A stretch of DNA of 61,954 nucleotides, counting the filler, from Choristocarpus tenellus KU-1152 (Eukaryota > Protista > Phaeophyceae), in the NCBI GenBank assembly GCA_964200185.2. It is 11 parts of 11 records of this genome, joined end to end, with 100 filler letters (N's around TTAATTAATTAA, not from the genome) between each part and the next. Parts side by side here need not be neighbours in the genome. Positions count along the whole stretch, not along the records: positions 1 to 6,736 come from CAXNAD020007466.1; positions 6,837 to 9,902 come from CAXNAD020022558.1; positions 10,003 to 12,511 come from CAXNAD020027213.1; positions 12,612 to 18,296 come from CAXNAD020010015.1; 7 more parts are not named here. The stretch is one strand, 5' to 3'. The first letter of the stretch is position 1, and every line of letters starts with the position of its first letter. Of the stretch, positions 1-12,658 are shown one piece after another. The translations under genes and the position numbers were made by a program. The notes under the pieces are model-generated. The model was given only the letters and a program-made list of their open reading frames with translations, was not told where the DNA came from and made no database searches.

Positions 1-140
1 ATCCCATTCGTAACGGGGCCCTTAAAAAGTGCCGCAACATTTACAAGAAAAACATATGGGCACTTTCCGCGCACCATTTTGGGTCAAACTCATCCTTCAT
101 AGTATGTATGCTCCATCCTTAATTTTGGTGAGAGGCTGTT
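1..140. repeat. Dispersed repeat family C, copy 1
   Basis: aaaagtgccg-aacattt and gtcaaac-catcct-catagtatg-ctccatcct-aattttggtga recur at 50029-50085 and 59087-59250. Confidence 0.7.
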
Positions 141-700
141 CTATATGAGAGTCTGGTGGAAAAAATGCAACAGTATTTTGGTGGAGCAGTGCTGGCTAAG
201 TATTGGTCCGCTGAAGGTGGGTAATCCCCATTGACTGACTGACCAACCATGCTGCCCATCTTGTCTACCCAATACCTTCTTACCACCGCCACTCGTGAAG
301 GTCAAAATGGTAGTACAAGGTACTTCGATCTCTCTTTCAATATATAGCAGCTTCCCATTTTAGCGCAATGCCTACACTTGAGTACGTGATGCCCCAGTGT
401 CCTACACTCTCCCCCCCAGCATCTGATCCGCACTTGCTCATGAGTACTATTTGATGTTGCACTGTAGTGCTGCTATTTCCTCGACCCCTGGTTCAAGGTT
501 CGTCACCCCTCACCCTAAATATCATGCTACCTGGAAAAATAATATGGGAAATGAACAGATTGAACAGGTGTTTCAAGGGTTGATTCCTCTGCATGCTTGT
601 ATTGCCGCGGTGCCCACCTGGCTTGCCACTCATTCTCTCCTCCTAATGTTCTTCTCACTGCCCCTCTCACTGCCCTTCTCCACCACACTCTGACTGCCAG

Positions 701-1483
701 ATCCCGCGGTGGCAGCCTACCGATAAGTTGGAGGTTGACACCCCATTTCAAGTTGCAACATACCGATCACCATGTGGGATTTGCAAGAACCAACACCTCT
801 GCCGAGCAATGCTTTATCCCAAAGATTGGGTCTTTGTGCCTGGCGAGTTCCTCATGGCCAATGAGGGACAAAACGATTCATCTCACAACAAAGTAACAGC
901 AGGAGCAGGGGAAAAGGAGGGTACAATGGACACTGGTTCCCCCTCAGGGGGTACCATACTATGGGTAATTGAGGGTGGGGGACTCATGTCCTGCCAAGGC
1001 TGTGACCCTACAGTCCCAGGATCTGGGGACGCAACCTTCCTTGTGCCTCCGCCACCCCCTGTCATGGAGGAGCACCCAAACCGACGTTTCAAGGTGCAGA
1101 GTCAATTTCCCTGGAATTGAAGGGGCTCGAGGTCACCCTCATTGGGTAAACATGACCAAAGGAGGGAGGCCGAGATTGTGAATAAGGATGAGACTGTCAG
1201 GGCTGAGGTAACACCGTTTGTATCGGTGAAGGGGGGTCGCCTCTTCGTTGGTGCCAGAGGCACTGTATACTATATGAGTCCACGCCATCGCGGTTGGTTG
1301 TGGGACAAGCTCAGGCACTCAAGTGATATCAATGCAGCCACTTTGGAAATCACACCAGACGAGACTGTTCAGGTAGTCACACCCAAAGGAAAAATCCTCT
1401 GGGAGTCGGTCAAGCCTAGAGCTACGTATATAGCAGGGCAGGAGGAGGTTTTGTGTCCTTTCTTTTGGGTTGTGCCCATTTAA
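701..1483 (+). pseudogene. Exon-like reading frame with one internal TGA; C-terminal part weakly resembles a bulb-type lectin domain
   Basis: Pyrimidine tract plus AG at 699-700. ORFs 728-1120 and 1142-1483 are in the same frame, separated only by TGA 1118-1120. ATLEITPDETVQVVTPKGKILWES resembles the B-lectin LxLxxDGxLxLxxxxGxxLWxS pattern. Confidence 0.3.
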
Positions 1484-1534
1484 TTATGATTATCATGATT
1501 ATCATGATTATTATTATTTTGTGTGTGTGTGTGT

Positions 1535-1570
<36 letters not shown>
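1484..1570. repeat. Compound microsatellite (ATT/ATC)n-(GT)n-(GA)n
   Basis: Directly visible simple repeats. Confidence 0.9.
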
Positions 1571-1574
<4 letters not shown>

Positions 1575-2436
1575 ACTGGATGGGATAGTGGCGATAGAAC
1601 ATTGCAGGCGCCTGTAGTTATGGTTGGAGTTTATTCTGCTGCCAACAAACAAGTTGCACAGGTACAACAAAAAAAGTCTATACCATTCCCTTGACAATTA
1701 TATCATGAACCTCCCCGAAGTTTTAGTTTGATCTACTGATGCCTTGGTTGAGGTGGGTAACTCACTAATCTCCACAAATAGATTTGTACATGATATAAAA
1801 TAACTTGCAGCATTCACCACTTCTATTAGGATGGATAGATCAGACCCAACAGAGTACACCCTCAAGCCTCAGAGTTCCAAATGCTCTAGCAACAAGTCAC
1901 TACGAAGAAAACCAGGGCAGCTCAGAGCTCTTGTTAAGGGGAAATACCTTGGGCCTCGTTTTCTCGATAGTACTCATTCTCCTGAGAATTGAAAGTATGT
2001 GGCATCTTAGATGAACTATCATCTTTCCAAAACCGGTCTGTTTTCCCACCTTAGAACTTAAGATGACAGCCTTCCAGTGACCTCAATGGTGACAATTTTT
2101 GATATTTTCCTCATCAAAAATAGTGCAATTTTTTAGATAGCATTTGAGTCGTTATGGTATAAAATGCATAGATTGTTCATTATTTCAGCCAGAATAGTTT
2201 ATGGAATGAAAATCTATGAAAAGAGTTGATCGGTAATCCTGTCCTGGTTGAGTTAGAGCTTTCTAACGAGACATAGGTCAATGTGTGTGTGTGTGTAACT
2301 TACCAATCTTTCACAATAGTTCAATATGTGTTGTTTGGTTCAGTGGTTGCCTATATCATTCGACCAGACATGTATTTCAGTATCACAAACAGGATACACG
2401 ATTTATGTTGTTTGCACTACTAGTTAAGAACTAGAG

Positions 2437-2680
2437 TACCTAAGAGGCAGGCAAGGTTGCATTTTAAGGATCTCGAGAAATGTCAAAAAGACGCCAGTTT
2501 GTACAATTGCAGAAATAACCTTAGCTGAATTGTGTTGTCATTTTGTGTGTGGAAAGAGGGAATATCAATTTTGTGTCCACTACCGTGCACATAAATCAAC
2601 GAAATAGGGTATATTGCGCAGGTTAGCAAATGTGTCTTAGAATGCAAAGGGCCCAAACCTGCCTACCTCTCAATTTGGCT
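2437..2680. mobile_element. MITE family D copy
   Basis: Ends gaggcaggcaaggttgcatttt ... aaacctgcctacctctcaatt. Interior aligns by eye with 15521-15776 and 59940-60199. Confidence 0.7.
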
Positions 2681-2935
2681 CTTAAGAATGGCGTAAAAGA
2701 AATGAGACAGAAACGATTTCGCTTGGAACTGATGAACAACAAAACCATTAAATATTTTGTCATGCTATAAAATTCTCACTCACCATGTAGATCACCTTGA
2801 TGACACTACTTTAGTGCAAGTGCTGTTACCCTGCTTCTCATGAGCTCTTGGATGACAAAATCTGGTGTTTCTTGGATCGGCCAGGCTGACGTTTGATGTG
2901 TTTAAGATGTCTAATCTTGAGATATGGCTGGTGCA

Positions 2936-3113
2936 GGCTCAAAGTATCTGGGGGGTGGTGTCGCCTGTCCATTTGGGGAAAAAAATGTCCATGTCGCGGT
3001 TTTTTGGTGATTTGGTTGTATACGTCGGATGGATAATGTAAGTGCACGTTTCCTGGTATGGTCCAAATGGACACCCTGGTGTAGATTCCCCCCCCCCCCA
3101 GATACTCTGGTTC
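2936..3113. mobile_element. MITE family A copy
   Basis: TIRs ggctcaaagtatctggggg / cccccagatactctgg, with subterminal gtccatttgg / ccaaatggac. Interior similar to the 46168 and 57439 copies. Confidence 0.85.
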
Positions 3114-4317
3114 AAGGGGGTGGTCAAATTTCGCCTACAACAAATAGGCTCGGTACCAATGCAGGTGGCCCTGTCTAGACGTGTCATATATTTTAGGCTG
3201 GAGTCACCAGGGAGATGGTAAGGAGGGGTTTGTTGGATTCTTGGGATGCTTCCCTAGCTCCTCACCTGGGGTGCAGGAATAGGTAGATTTGAGACACAGG
3301 AAGGCAGTGGTGCTGCTGAGGGTACAATATTGATACGATAATTTTTTTTATTGTTATGTTGTTTAACCTTTGTGATCTACCTGCCGAAGGTACAATATTC
3401 ATACACCTTATTGTTAATTGTTTTTGCGAATTAACTATTATTTTCGTATCAGTCTTGATGAGAGTGGGGGATGTGGTGCAAGGAAGATTGTGTGATTTGC
3501 CTTAGGAATCAAATCACGCCTTTTGTTTGTTGATATAGTTCCAAGATGATGCATGGGTTAACCATACAACCTTTCCTCGTGTGTGGTAGAGGGCTCCTTA
3601 TCGGGGAAATTTGTTCTTCTTCATTAGGTGGGATTTGTTCCGATAGCAGCAAAAGCGTTCCGAGTTTGGTTTTTGTTAAGAAAATAACATGATGTACATT
3701 CTACAGGCTGAGAGCGTAAGTTGTGTTAAGGGTGATCGTGTGTATCTAAGTAGAGGACTCTAGAGTGTCGCATATTCTTTTCTCAGAGGCGTATGTATTA
3801 AGCACAGAGTATTGATGGTTGTGAAGTGACTGAGTACTTAATTGTTCTGTGTTGGTGAAATGTAAAATATATTTTGTTGATGAAATGAATGGATTTGCAC
3901 TCTTTTTGGGGGGGGGGGGGGGAGGGGTTAGTTGTTTAGTAGTTTTGTGTTGTGTCTAGAGAAATAAAAAATATAGATGTATTTTTTTGCTTTCAAGGAT
4001 TCTTAATGAGCCCCCTAGTCTATTTTATTTGATCCCCTAGAACATGCCATCATCCTTCACATGTACTTAGGGTTCTGTCTTTATTGTGGTATATTTAAAT
4101 TCGTCTTTTTGAAAATGTTTGTTAGGATCAGAGGGGGTTAGGGTAAGGGTTAGAGGTATCCTGTATATTGCTGTTAATTACTGGATATGTGGATTATTTT
4201 TGTGGGGATTGTGTTCGTGTCAGGGTCAATTTAGTTGCTATGGCTCTTGATGGTGTGTGAACTCTTTTTTATTGTTTTTTGGGTCTGTTGGGGTACGTTA
4301 GATGTTAATGGATACAA

Positions 4318-4493
4318 TCAAAGTATCTGGGGGGGGCGAGGGGTGGCCGTCCATTTGAGATTCATTTTGCCATGTCTCAATTTTGGATGATTTTGATTGC
4401 ATGCGTCAGATGGGTTATGTAAGTGTACTTTTCCTGGTCAGGGCCCAAATGGACACCGTGGTATAGGTCCCCCCCCCTCAGATACTTTGAGCC
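4318..4493. mobile_element. MITE family A copy
   Basis: tcaaagtatctggggggg...gtccatttg ... ccaaatggacacc...cagatactttgagcc. Confidence 0.85.
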
Positions 4494-4616
4494 GTTACCA
4501 TGAAAGTATGCATTTGTGTGTGTGTATGTGTGTGCATGTCCAATTGTGTACCTTTTAATTATTTTTTTGATATCTGAATGGAATGGCACATATTCCATAC
4601 AAATGATCCTATGCAG

Positions 4617-4783
4617 GTAAGCTCGGGCAAGTCCTGGAGGCACAGGGTGCTCTTCACTAGGCAGAGAGGGCGTATCAGTCGTGGGTGGACAGACTGCAGG
4701 GGAACAAGGGGAACAAGAGTGCAGGGACAGAGCAGGACCTGGCTGTTGCACTGGACAGACTTATCTCTATGTGATGTGGTCAG
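4617..4783 (+). pseudogene. TPR-like exon with two in-frame stops
   Basis: AG/GT-bounded. Translates KLGQVLEAQGALH*AERAYQSWVDRL...DLAVALDRLISM*CGQ, with TAG 4658-4660 and TGA 4772-4774. Confidence 0.5.
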
Positions 4784-5418
4784 GTGAGGATAGGGTTAGG
4801 GTTAGGGTTGGGATTGTTTTTCCAGGGTGGGGGATTAATGATAGCCTTTATTGTTGTCTGTCAAGGTAGGTATGGGGAATGTCGGTGTGGTCATGGGGGG
4901 GGGGGGGGTTGGTAGTATGTATTATATATATGAAGCATTACCCATGTCATTGTAAAAGCGTTGCTGTACCTTTTTCTTGTTTTTTTTCTTGAACATATTT
5001 CAAGTTCATTGGTTTACGGTTTGAAGTTTGTGTGATAATTCAGTAGTGTACTAACACATAGATAAGAGTGTTGGCATTATGTAGTATGTCATTGTAAGCA
5101 TTGCTGTGTCTTTTCATTGTCGAGTACAACAGTAGTAGTAGTGTACAGCGGGCTTTTGTATGGTGATTCAGTGGCGTACTTTCAAGTTCTGTATTCTTTT
5201 TTCTAGTATAGATGTATACTTCATTGAGATTAGGGTTAGGGTTAGGGCTAGTTGTAGCTATGTGCTATCAAATAGTGTCAAGTGTACATTTAGTCTAGTA
5301 TCACCAGTATACCACGAGGAGGATAGACTAGTGTGCAATCGTGACAATATCAGTGATGCGTTGGGTCTTTATTTGAGGTGGTGATCATGCTGGGTCTAAA
5401 CTGTCTGTCCTCTGACAG

Positions 5419-6719
5419 GCGGAGCCGATGCTGAGGAAGGTGCTCTCTTTGAGGGAGAAGGTTTTGGGTAAGGAGCACGTGGATGTTGCAGAGTCACTTA
5501 CCAACTTGGCAGTGCTTTACAACCAAAAGGTACAGTACAGTACACTTGTACCTTCATAAGTCTCTCTTAAGCTTTTGAATTTTCGTTGTTTGAGCGTAGC
5601 AGGATTTGCAGGATGGGGGAGGGGCAGGGGGGTTTGTATTGTGGAGATTGAAGATCTGGTGAATATCACCTAGAAATAGATCGTTGAGGAACGCTTCTCC
5701 AGCTTCAGATGTAGAACCATTATTCTTTGGAGTTAAAAAAATTCTTTTGTTTTTAAAAAATAAATTAATAGGATTCTGCGCCTTAGGCTCTAAAAAACCT
5801 TATCTACAGTTTGTAGTACCTTGATAGTAATTCCTCTTGGGGATCACATTTTTATGGGGTATGTCCCCTGCAACCTGGCCCTGTCGTTTGATGTGATGTG
5901 ATGTAGCTGTACCTTTTCTTTCCACACTACCCTCTTTGTGCAAATGTGGTGCGTTTGTCTCACCTGCTGCATATTATTATTTTTTGGCTTAGTCAGATCA
6001 TCGTGAAGAGAGAAAGAGTGTGTTGATGGGCGAGGGGGGGGGGTATTGGTGTTAGGCTAGGGTGAGTGTGTATGTTCTATGAATACATTGTANNNNNNNN
6101 NNGCTTAGTCAGATCATCGTGAAGAGAGAAAGAGTGTGTTGATGGGCGAGGGGGGGGGTATTGGTGTTAGGCTAGGGTGAGTGTGTATGTTCTATGAATA
6201 CATTGTAGCATACACAGGATTGAAATGGTGTAGTATGAGGATGTCGCAGGGGGGATGGGGTTAATGCGTTCAACCCTTACCACTTGCATCACCCGCCTAT
6301 ATCTTCTTTGATCTGGGAAATATATTTTTCTATTTTCTATTTTCTACAGTGAAGAATGCATCTATCGATGTGTACATCAAAAGTGTCTTTTGTATTTTTT
6401 AAGAAAAATATTTGGTTCTTTAAATGTTCTATTTTTTATTGTACTTACACTCGCAGTAAAGAATCGCTACAAATATAAAAAATCGCATTAAATTTTTTTC
6501 ATATTTTCAATTTTTGTTTTTGTCGCCTACCTTCCGCCCCCCATCCCCGTTTTTCAGGGCAAGTACGAGGATGCATTGCCCATGCTGGAGCGTAGTCTGG
6601 ACATACTGAACAAGAAGCATGGGGAGGAGCACTTTAAAACAGTTGCTTGCCTGACACAGATTGTAGGAACACGTCAAAAGCAGGAGCATTATGTGGAGGC
6701 CCAGGAGATACTGACCAAG
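5419..6719 (+). CDS. Kinesin-light-chain-type tetratricopeptide repeat protein (partial; exons 5419-5529 and 6558-6719)
   Basis: GT-AG phase-0 exons join to AEPMLRKVLSLREKVLGKEHVDVAESLTNLAVLYNQK|GKYEDALPMLERSLDILNKKHGEEHFKTVACL..., matching the 42-aa TPR_10/TPR_12 consensus. Confidence 0.85.
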
Positions 6720-6736
6720 GTATGCTGTGGAGGGGG

Positions 6737-6836
6737 NNNNNNNNNNNNNNNNNNNNNNNNNNNNNNNNNNNNNNNNNNNNTTAATTAATTAANNNNNNNN
6801 NNNNNNNNNNNNNNNNNNNNNNNNNNNNNNNNNNNN
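6737..6836. other. Artificial contig linker N44-TTAATTAATTAA-N44 (also at 9903, 12512, 18297, 36251, 43316, 47284, 49929, 52705, 58987)
   Basis: Identical 100-nt spacer with stops in all six frames, present ten times. Confidence 0.97.
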
Positions 6837-7767
6837 GGCCTCCTCTCTCCCTAGGGATCTGCTGGTGGTGAGTCTAAGCTCTATGGGGGGAATCTGGCAT
6901 GCTGGCTCCAGGGATAGTGTTGAGGCCCATGCATTTGCCCCTTGTCCACACCGACTCTGGTGGCGTGCCAGGGCTAGCGAGGAACTTTCCTTCCCTTGTT
7001 CCACTTCACCCCGTAACGCAGACGGGTCAATTTCATCCGGAAAGAGTGAAAGCAGGTCCTGTTTATCCATCTATTAGATTCCATTTTTTTTGTTTTGGTA
7101 AAAAAAAGGACAATTCGTAACGTCTGTAAAAAAAATAAAATGTTCCCTTCCTTACCGTTTTGCAATAAAATATTGCCAAAGAGTATTAAGTATATACATA
7201 CAAGCAATTATTTCATATTGGAAATTAGATTCTCGACCTTTCACACTACTCTCTGATTTAAAATATATATATATATCACAATCGGTTTTCTAGAGCTCTT
7301 TAAAAAAAAAAAAAACTAAAAGAGCACGGATGATATGTGAAGACCCCTTCACTGCACTGCATAATGTATTTGTTTCCCTCCACCTCCCGATATCATCTCT
7401 ATGTCCATCCAACAGCCTGCCAGCATCAAGTAGCAAGTAAATCACTAGTAGTACACATACACACGTAAACATATATTATTTTAATGGCTGCGTGTATATG
7501 GGGCAACCATCAGAGTCACAGCCTATACGTTAGTCCCAAAAATGTACAGGGACATGCCAAAGTTGTCCTTTGTTCCAACAACAGTTGTAAGGGGTGAGAA
7601 ATACTCAATGCAGTTTCAGTGACCTTGGACGAACATGCTACTATATATATAGTGTTCAAAATGCAGCAATAGGAAGTGTCTAGAGTCCCAAACCCTGAAA
7701 TGGTTTCCACCAAGGTTATATCAATGCCAACCAACATTGATGACGTATGCAATAACAACAGATGTAC

Positions 7768-9606
7768 CTGGCTGTAGCCTCCTCCAGCGGCTCCTCCCTT
7801 GATCCCAAACGTGGGCCCCTGTGATGGCTGCCTGATGTTGGCAAACACCTTCTTCCCTAGATGCGCCCCCAAAGCCTATGTGGAGAGAGCGAGGAAGGTC
7901 AGGATTGTCCAGGGAATGCAGTGGGGGGGGGGGGATAGGAACAGAGTTACTTGTCGTCATCAACAAGCAAGATGTTTTTCCTAGTGATCATAGATTGAAG
8001 GTATCTGCAAATATGTATGTGTACTTCCAATATATGATGAAGCACATGCATGCACGCTTTCTAGTAAGCAATCCAGACGATATAGTTGTGTGGAATTTAT
8101 TGGGGGTTTTCAACATCGCTAACCCTATGAGTTCACAGTGTCACTGTTATACTAGCAACGATTATGCCAAAATTTCTTTCATCGCCTGGTGCACGGTGAT
8201 TCACACATTGCAATGCAAGTACTACAAAACCCATGACACACCTTACTCGTGTATGAATCATATATTTGGAAAATTAATGAGCGTCAATTCTTTCTTGCAA
8301 CGATGCGCCCACTGAAAGTTATATTGCTTTAACTGTTTCCTCAATCGTATCCATTCTAACTCAAATGGCCTACCAGTCTACAATATCATACAGTAGTACT
8401 TGTGTAGAGAACCACCCACACATATTTTCATTGCATTCAGTTCGGCAATGTAGTAACCCTTTTTTATGTCCTTCTCTCTAGTAACTCATCTTACGAACAA
8501 TCACTTCCCCACCAGTCGTTTCAGTACTATCGAAAGGCTTATCTCAGGAAGGGGCAGGCAGTTCTATGGGTACGCATGTTGCGGTCTTCGGTGCATCATT
8601 GCAGAGCCGGCGAGTGACCACCCTAGCCTGTTTTTATACCTCCTCGGATGTTATAGATGCATTGACTATAGGGCTCAGGTATGGAGAGAGACCTGGTTCC
8701 TTCAGTCCCATTTCTCCCTCGCCTCACACTCATTCCCCATCCGTCTCTACTAATAAAGAAACCTACGTTCACCTGTGTGAGGCCGATAGTTGTGGTGCTC
8801 TTGCCCTCCCCAAGGGGAGTTGGGTTAATGCCAGTGACTACCACATAAAAGCCATTTGTAGAATCCTTTAGGCGCTTGCAGACATTCAACGACACCTTGA
8901 TGGAATCAAACATGTCACGATGACCAAGAGTGGGAACAGGGGACGTGGTAAATGCGACAACTTGTGGGGCCTAGCTGAAAATCGCCTATAGCTACTAGTT
9001 GTCAGGGGGATTATATACAAAAAAGAGGAAAGTGTTAAAGGCTGGCCGTTGGCAAAGTAAAGAATAAGGGCTTGCTTGACCTTAGAGCGTATTGCACGTT
9101 TTTAGTTAACATGCCAACTCAAGGGATTTGCATGCGAGTGCTCAGTATGATCTATTAAATGGATACACGAGCTGCGACATTGCTTTGTGAACAATAGCAC
9201 AAGCGATAATTCAAGGGTGCCTTGTGTGTCGTAGCTTTGCAGCCAAGAGGAGAACAAGCAAGTGATGCCACCTGAGTCTCACAGAACATGCATACCTCTA
9301 ACGAAGTATACTTGTCCACACAGAGAGAGCTTGGTTCGAGACATAGGTATGCCTGCAGAGTGCTTCACTCCCTTCTTCAATCTATACAACTCGTGCATGA
9401 CAACACATATATGGAGACCTACCGCAGTCTCTCATACAGCTGTGTACCTTAGCCTTGAGGCGTCCATAGGGCTCCAGCTCGCTTTCCAGAATACCGCAGC
9501 CCTCCGCGAGATCAGAGATGTGCTGCAAGGATCCATCAAGCGACTGCGAGACGGCTATGTCGCTGGGGACGGGATGTATGAGCTGCTCCCTAGTAAGTCG
9601 CGACAT
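7768..9606 (-). CDS. fhs: Formate--tetrahydrofolate ligase, first three exons (9448-9606, 8773-8895, 7768-7875); 3' part absent
   Basis: Phase-0 GT-AG exons encode [21 protein letters not shown]|[23 protein letters not shown] and [22 protein letters not shown], which are FTHFS signature motifs. Confidence 0.95.
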
Positions 9607-11077
9607 GGTCGTGTGAACAACGATGTTGTCAAGTTGATGTTTTTGGTATTGGGTTGTTGACGGGTTGTCCTTTTTGAAATAGTCCACTTCGAAGTACGTT
9701 CGAACACGTATGCACAAACATTCCAATCCAACTCAAAAATACGACTATTTTCAACTACGGAGTCGTAAGGTTATTGAAGAAAAAAAAAAAGCACACAGAA
9801 TATATTCCACATTCCTAAACTCTATTATAATACCCATTTAATGTAGGTGACAACTCAAGCAGTGGGTGGTAGAGAAACTTGGGGATGGGGGGGCGTAAGT
9901 AGNNNNNNNNNNNNNNNNNNNNNNNNNNNNNNNNNNNNNNNNNNNNTTAATTAATTAANNNNNNNNNNNNNNNNNNNNNNNNNNNNNNNNNNNNNNNNNN
10001 NNGGGAAAGTGGCCATGAAGTTCAATGTATGACTTTGGGGGGGGGGGAGGTTCATTAAGTTTGGTGACATGAATGTTTGTTGATGGTGGGGTGTAGGTTG
10101 ATTGGTAATGATAGTGTTTGTTTTGTGTCATGAGAAGTTGTTGTTGGGGGAAGGGGGAGGTGTGCGTTTGTGTGTGTTGTGAAGTGACGCTCCCCCTTTG
10201 AGCTCCTTTTGTCAGAAATTGATCCAAATTTTTTGCTGTTCTCATGTAGGCGATAGCTACTATGGTTGACTGATTGTGGTGGTTTGTTGTTGTGGGGATT
10301 GTGGTCTTTGTTCTTTTGTGTTTGAAAAAGGACCTTTTTTAGTGATAGGGAGGGTTACTATAGAAGGGGTGAAGCTGGTGAAATGGTGCTACTTCAAAAA
10401 AATGTATGGCAGAATCAAGTATTGAGACTATACCGCCATTGGTATGCATGTATATAGATAGTTTAGTTACACATATCTTGTATTATAGTGATCCGCTAAC
10501 CCACCCCTCCATCCCCCCCCCCCTACCTGTCTGTTGTTGATGGGAATATCTGCTTTGTCCTCAAGAACAGTGTATCAACATTAAACTGACTCTATTTACG
10601 TCCCTGGTGATGAATTACGATAAGGTTGATGAATGGAAAGGATGCGCATTCATACTGATAATAAAAATAGTAATACATGTTTATGTTTCATGGGAGTTTT
10701 GTGTTTTTTATTTTTTTAAGTGGCAATATTGGATAGTTTTCAGGTCAGGTTTTTTACTTTGTCCTCTGAAGTGTAGCCATTCAGGTTTGCGTTTACCGGT
10801 AGTGACCGCCTCTCTTTCATCTACAACACCCCCTTCTACGTCAGGTGTTGCATCCAAACATACACTTTCCAATTGTATGGAATACAACACTGCAACGGTA
10901 GTCCAGAAGACATCTCAAATCAAAGCATCTCTCTCTCTCTCTCTCTCCTGGTATTGGAACATTTCAGCATAATGATGACATCATAATTGGTCACCAACAC
11001 TCACGGTTCAACCAATGAAACAGTGTCTTTTCTGTTTTATCTTGATGTATAACTTTTCTCCACTCCACTCCACACAG

Positions 11078-11824
11078 AGGTGGCAAAGAGGCTGCAGTTG
11101 GTCTTTCCAGCTGTTTTACGTTCTGGGTATGTGCTCCTTGCAGTTGTGTATGCTTTCTCCATCCTGGCATACTCATTCTACTGCAACACACCTCTTGGGG
11201 TGGGAGACCTGAGTGATGTTGAGGGAGAGCCGATGATGAGGAGGTGTGTTGTTGCTGTTGTTGTTGTTGTTGTTAAGAACAGGAAACAAAAACGAGTTGT
11301 GGTACTTTGCAAGGCGTTTTAGTTGTCTCGACCACATTTTTTTTCCTTAGTTTTTTTTTAATATATATATGGCGATGACCTCAATTTGATTCCGATGCAG
11401 TCTTTTATATTTCGTTGTAGGAAGTTGTTGAATTGTGGAGCAAAAAAAAAAGAGACCGTACCCGTATGAGGAAGCGAAATGTTCAGTCCAGGACTGCATA
11501 CATACAGTGTGTAATATGTATGTAGTCTAAAGGGACTTTTGGCATTGTAAACACATACACTGATGCCCCCCCCCTTCCCCCCTGTTCCCTCTCCCACCAT
11601 GAACTGAGCTGAGCTGAACCCCAGTGCTCCACGACCACCTTGCTGTATTTTTTGTGTGTTGTAGGTGGATATCCAACCAAGATGCATACTCTTTTGCAAC
11701 ATTGCCGTTGACTTTTCTGACCATGACTGACATGGCAATCATGGCGAGCTGGCCAAACGTTATGGATGCAGCTGGTGCTGTGACAGATGTTGAATCTGCA
11801 AGCGCATTTTTCTACTTCTATAGG
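11078..11824 (+). CDS. Cation channel S5-pore-S6 fragment (two-pore or voltage-gated Ca2+/Na+ channel-like); exons 11078-11243 and 11665-11824
   Basis: Exon phases are compatible. Hydrophobic S5 YVLLAVVYAFSILAYSFY, pore helix SFATLPLTFLTMTDMAIMASWPNVMDA, start of S6 ASAFFYFY. Confidence 0.7.
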
Positions 11825-12611
11825 GTGAGTTGAGGGTTGAGAGGTGTCTAAGGTGGGTATCAACTATGGCATGATTGAAGGGTATTTGAAGTGGATACCA
11901 ATTCGTTGACAGGATGGAGGTGTCACTGTTACCCCATCCTAGACTAGGTGGAGGACTTGCCTTCCCACCCACCCCCTCCGATTTCCCTCAAGGTTATCCT
12001 ACAATGCACGAGGAAATGATAATCTACGCTGTGATTACCCTAACCCTAAGTGATTCTTGATGATAAGAAGGTACAAGAGTACTGGGAGATTTATTTTTAA
12101 TATACTTGACAGGATCTTCTCTTGAGGGGAAATGCAACAAGGGTTGTAGGGAGAACATCATCCCGGCCCAGTCCCGTAATATTTAGTGTTTTTTGGGGGG
12201 GCTATTTTTTGTTGTGTGGCGTGGTCCTTCTAGTTTGGATTTTTTTTTTTTGAAGTGGAAAAAGTGAGATTTTTCTTTCCGTGAGGTGGAGGGAGGGAAA
12301 CTATCTGTGATGAAGCAAGTAGCATATAGAACAACTTCGAGAGAAAGTTTCAAGTCTCTGGTGTCAAAGCACCCCACTGAATCCCCCTTCCTACCCCCTC
12401 CCCCCTGTTTTTGGAAAATACGCTCTGATATATGCCCCTGCCCGTGGTTCCGATTTTGTGCTTCTACTTTGTTGCCCCAGTTATGTTGGGTTTTATTGTG
12501 TCTTCATACATNNNNNNNNNNNNNNNNNNNNNNNNNNNNNNNNNNNNNNNNNNNNTTAATTAATTAANNNNNNNNNNNNNNNNNNNNNNNNNNNNNNNNN
12601 NNNNNNNNNNN

Positions 12612-12658
12612 GTGAAAAACGGACGCCGACACCCCCCCCCTCCCAGATACTTTGACCC
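12612..12658. mobile_element. MITE family A terminus at contig edge
   Basis: ggacgccgacaccccccctcccagatactttgaccc. Confidence 0.7.

Noticed and set aside
1118-4774. Alternative genetic code suggested by in-frame stops in the first segment
   Set aside because: About 1,850 codons of the FN3 gene and the FTHFS exons contain no internal stops, so local decay is simpler.
5987-6208. ~105-bp direct repeat around a 10-N gap
   Set aside because: Typical unmerged contig overlap (assembly artefact).
6781-6792. Recurrent TTAATTAATTAA palindrome
   Set aside because: Always centred in N runs; an artificial linker, not biology.
10785-10897. Upstream channel exon
   Set aside because: No S4-like motif, and I could not establish a convincing in-frame join.
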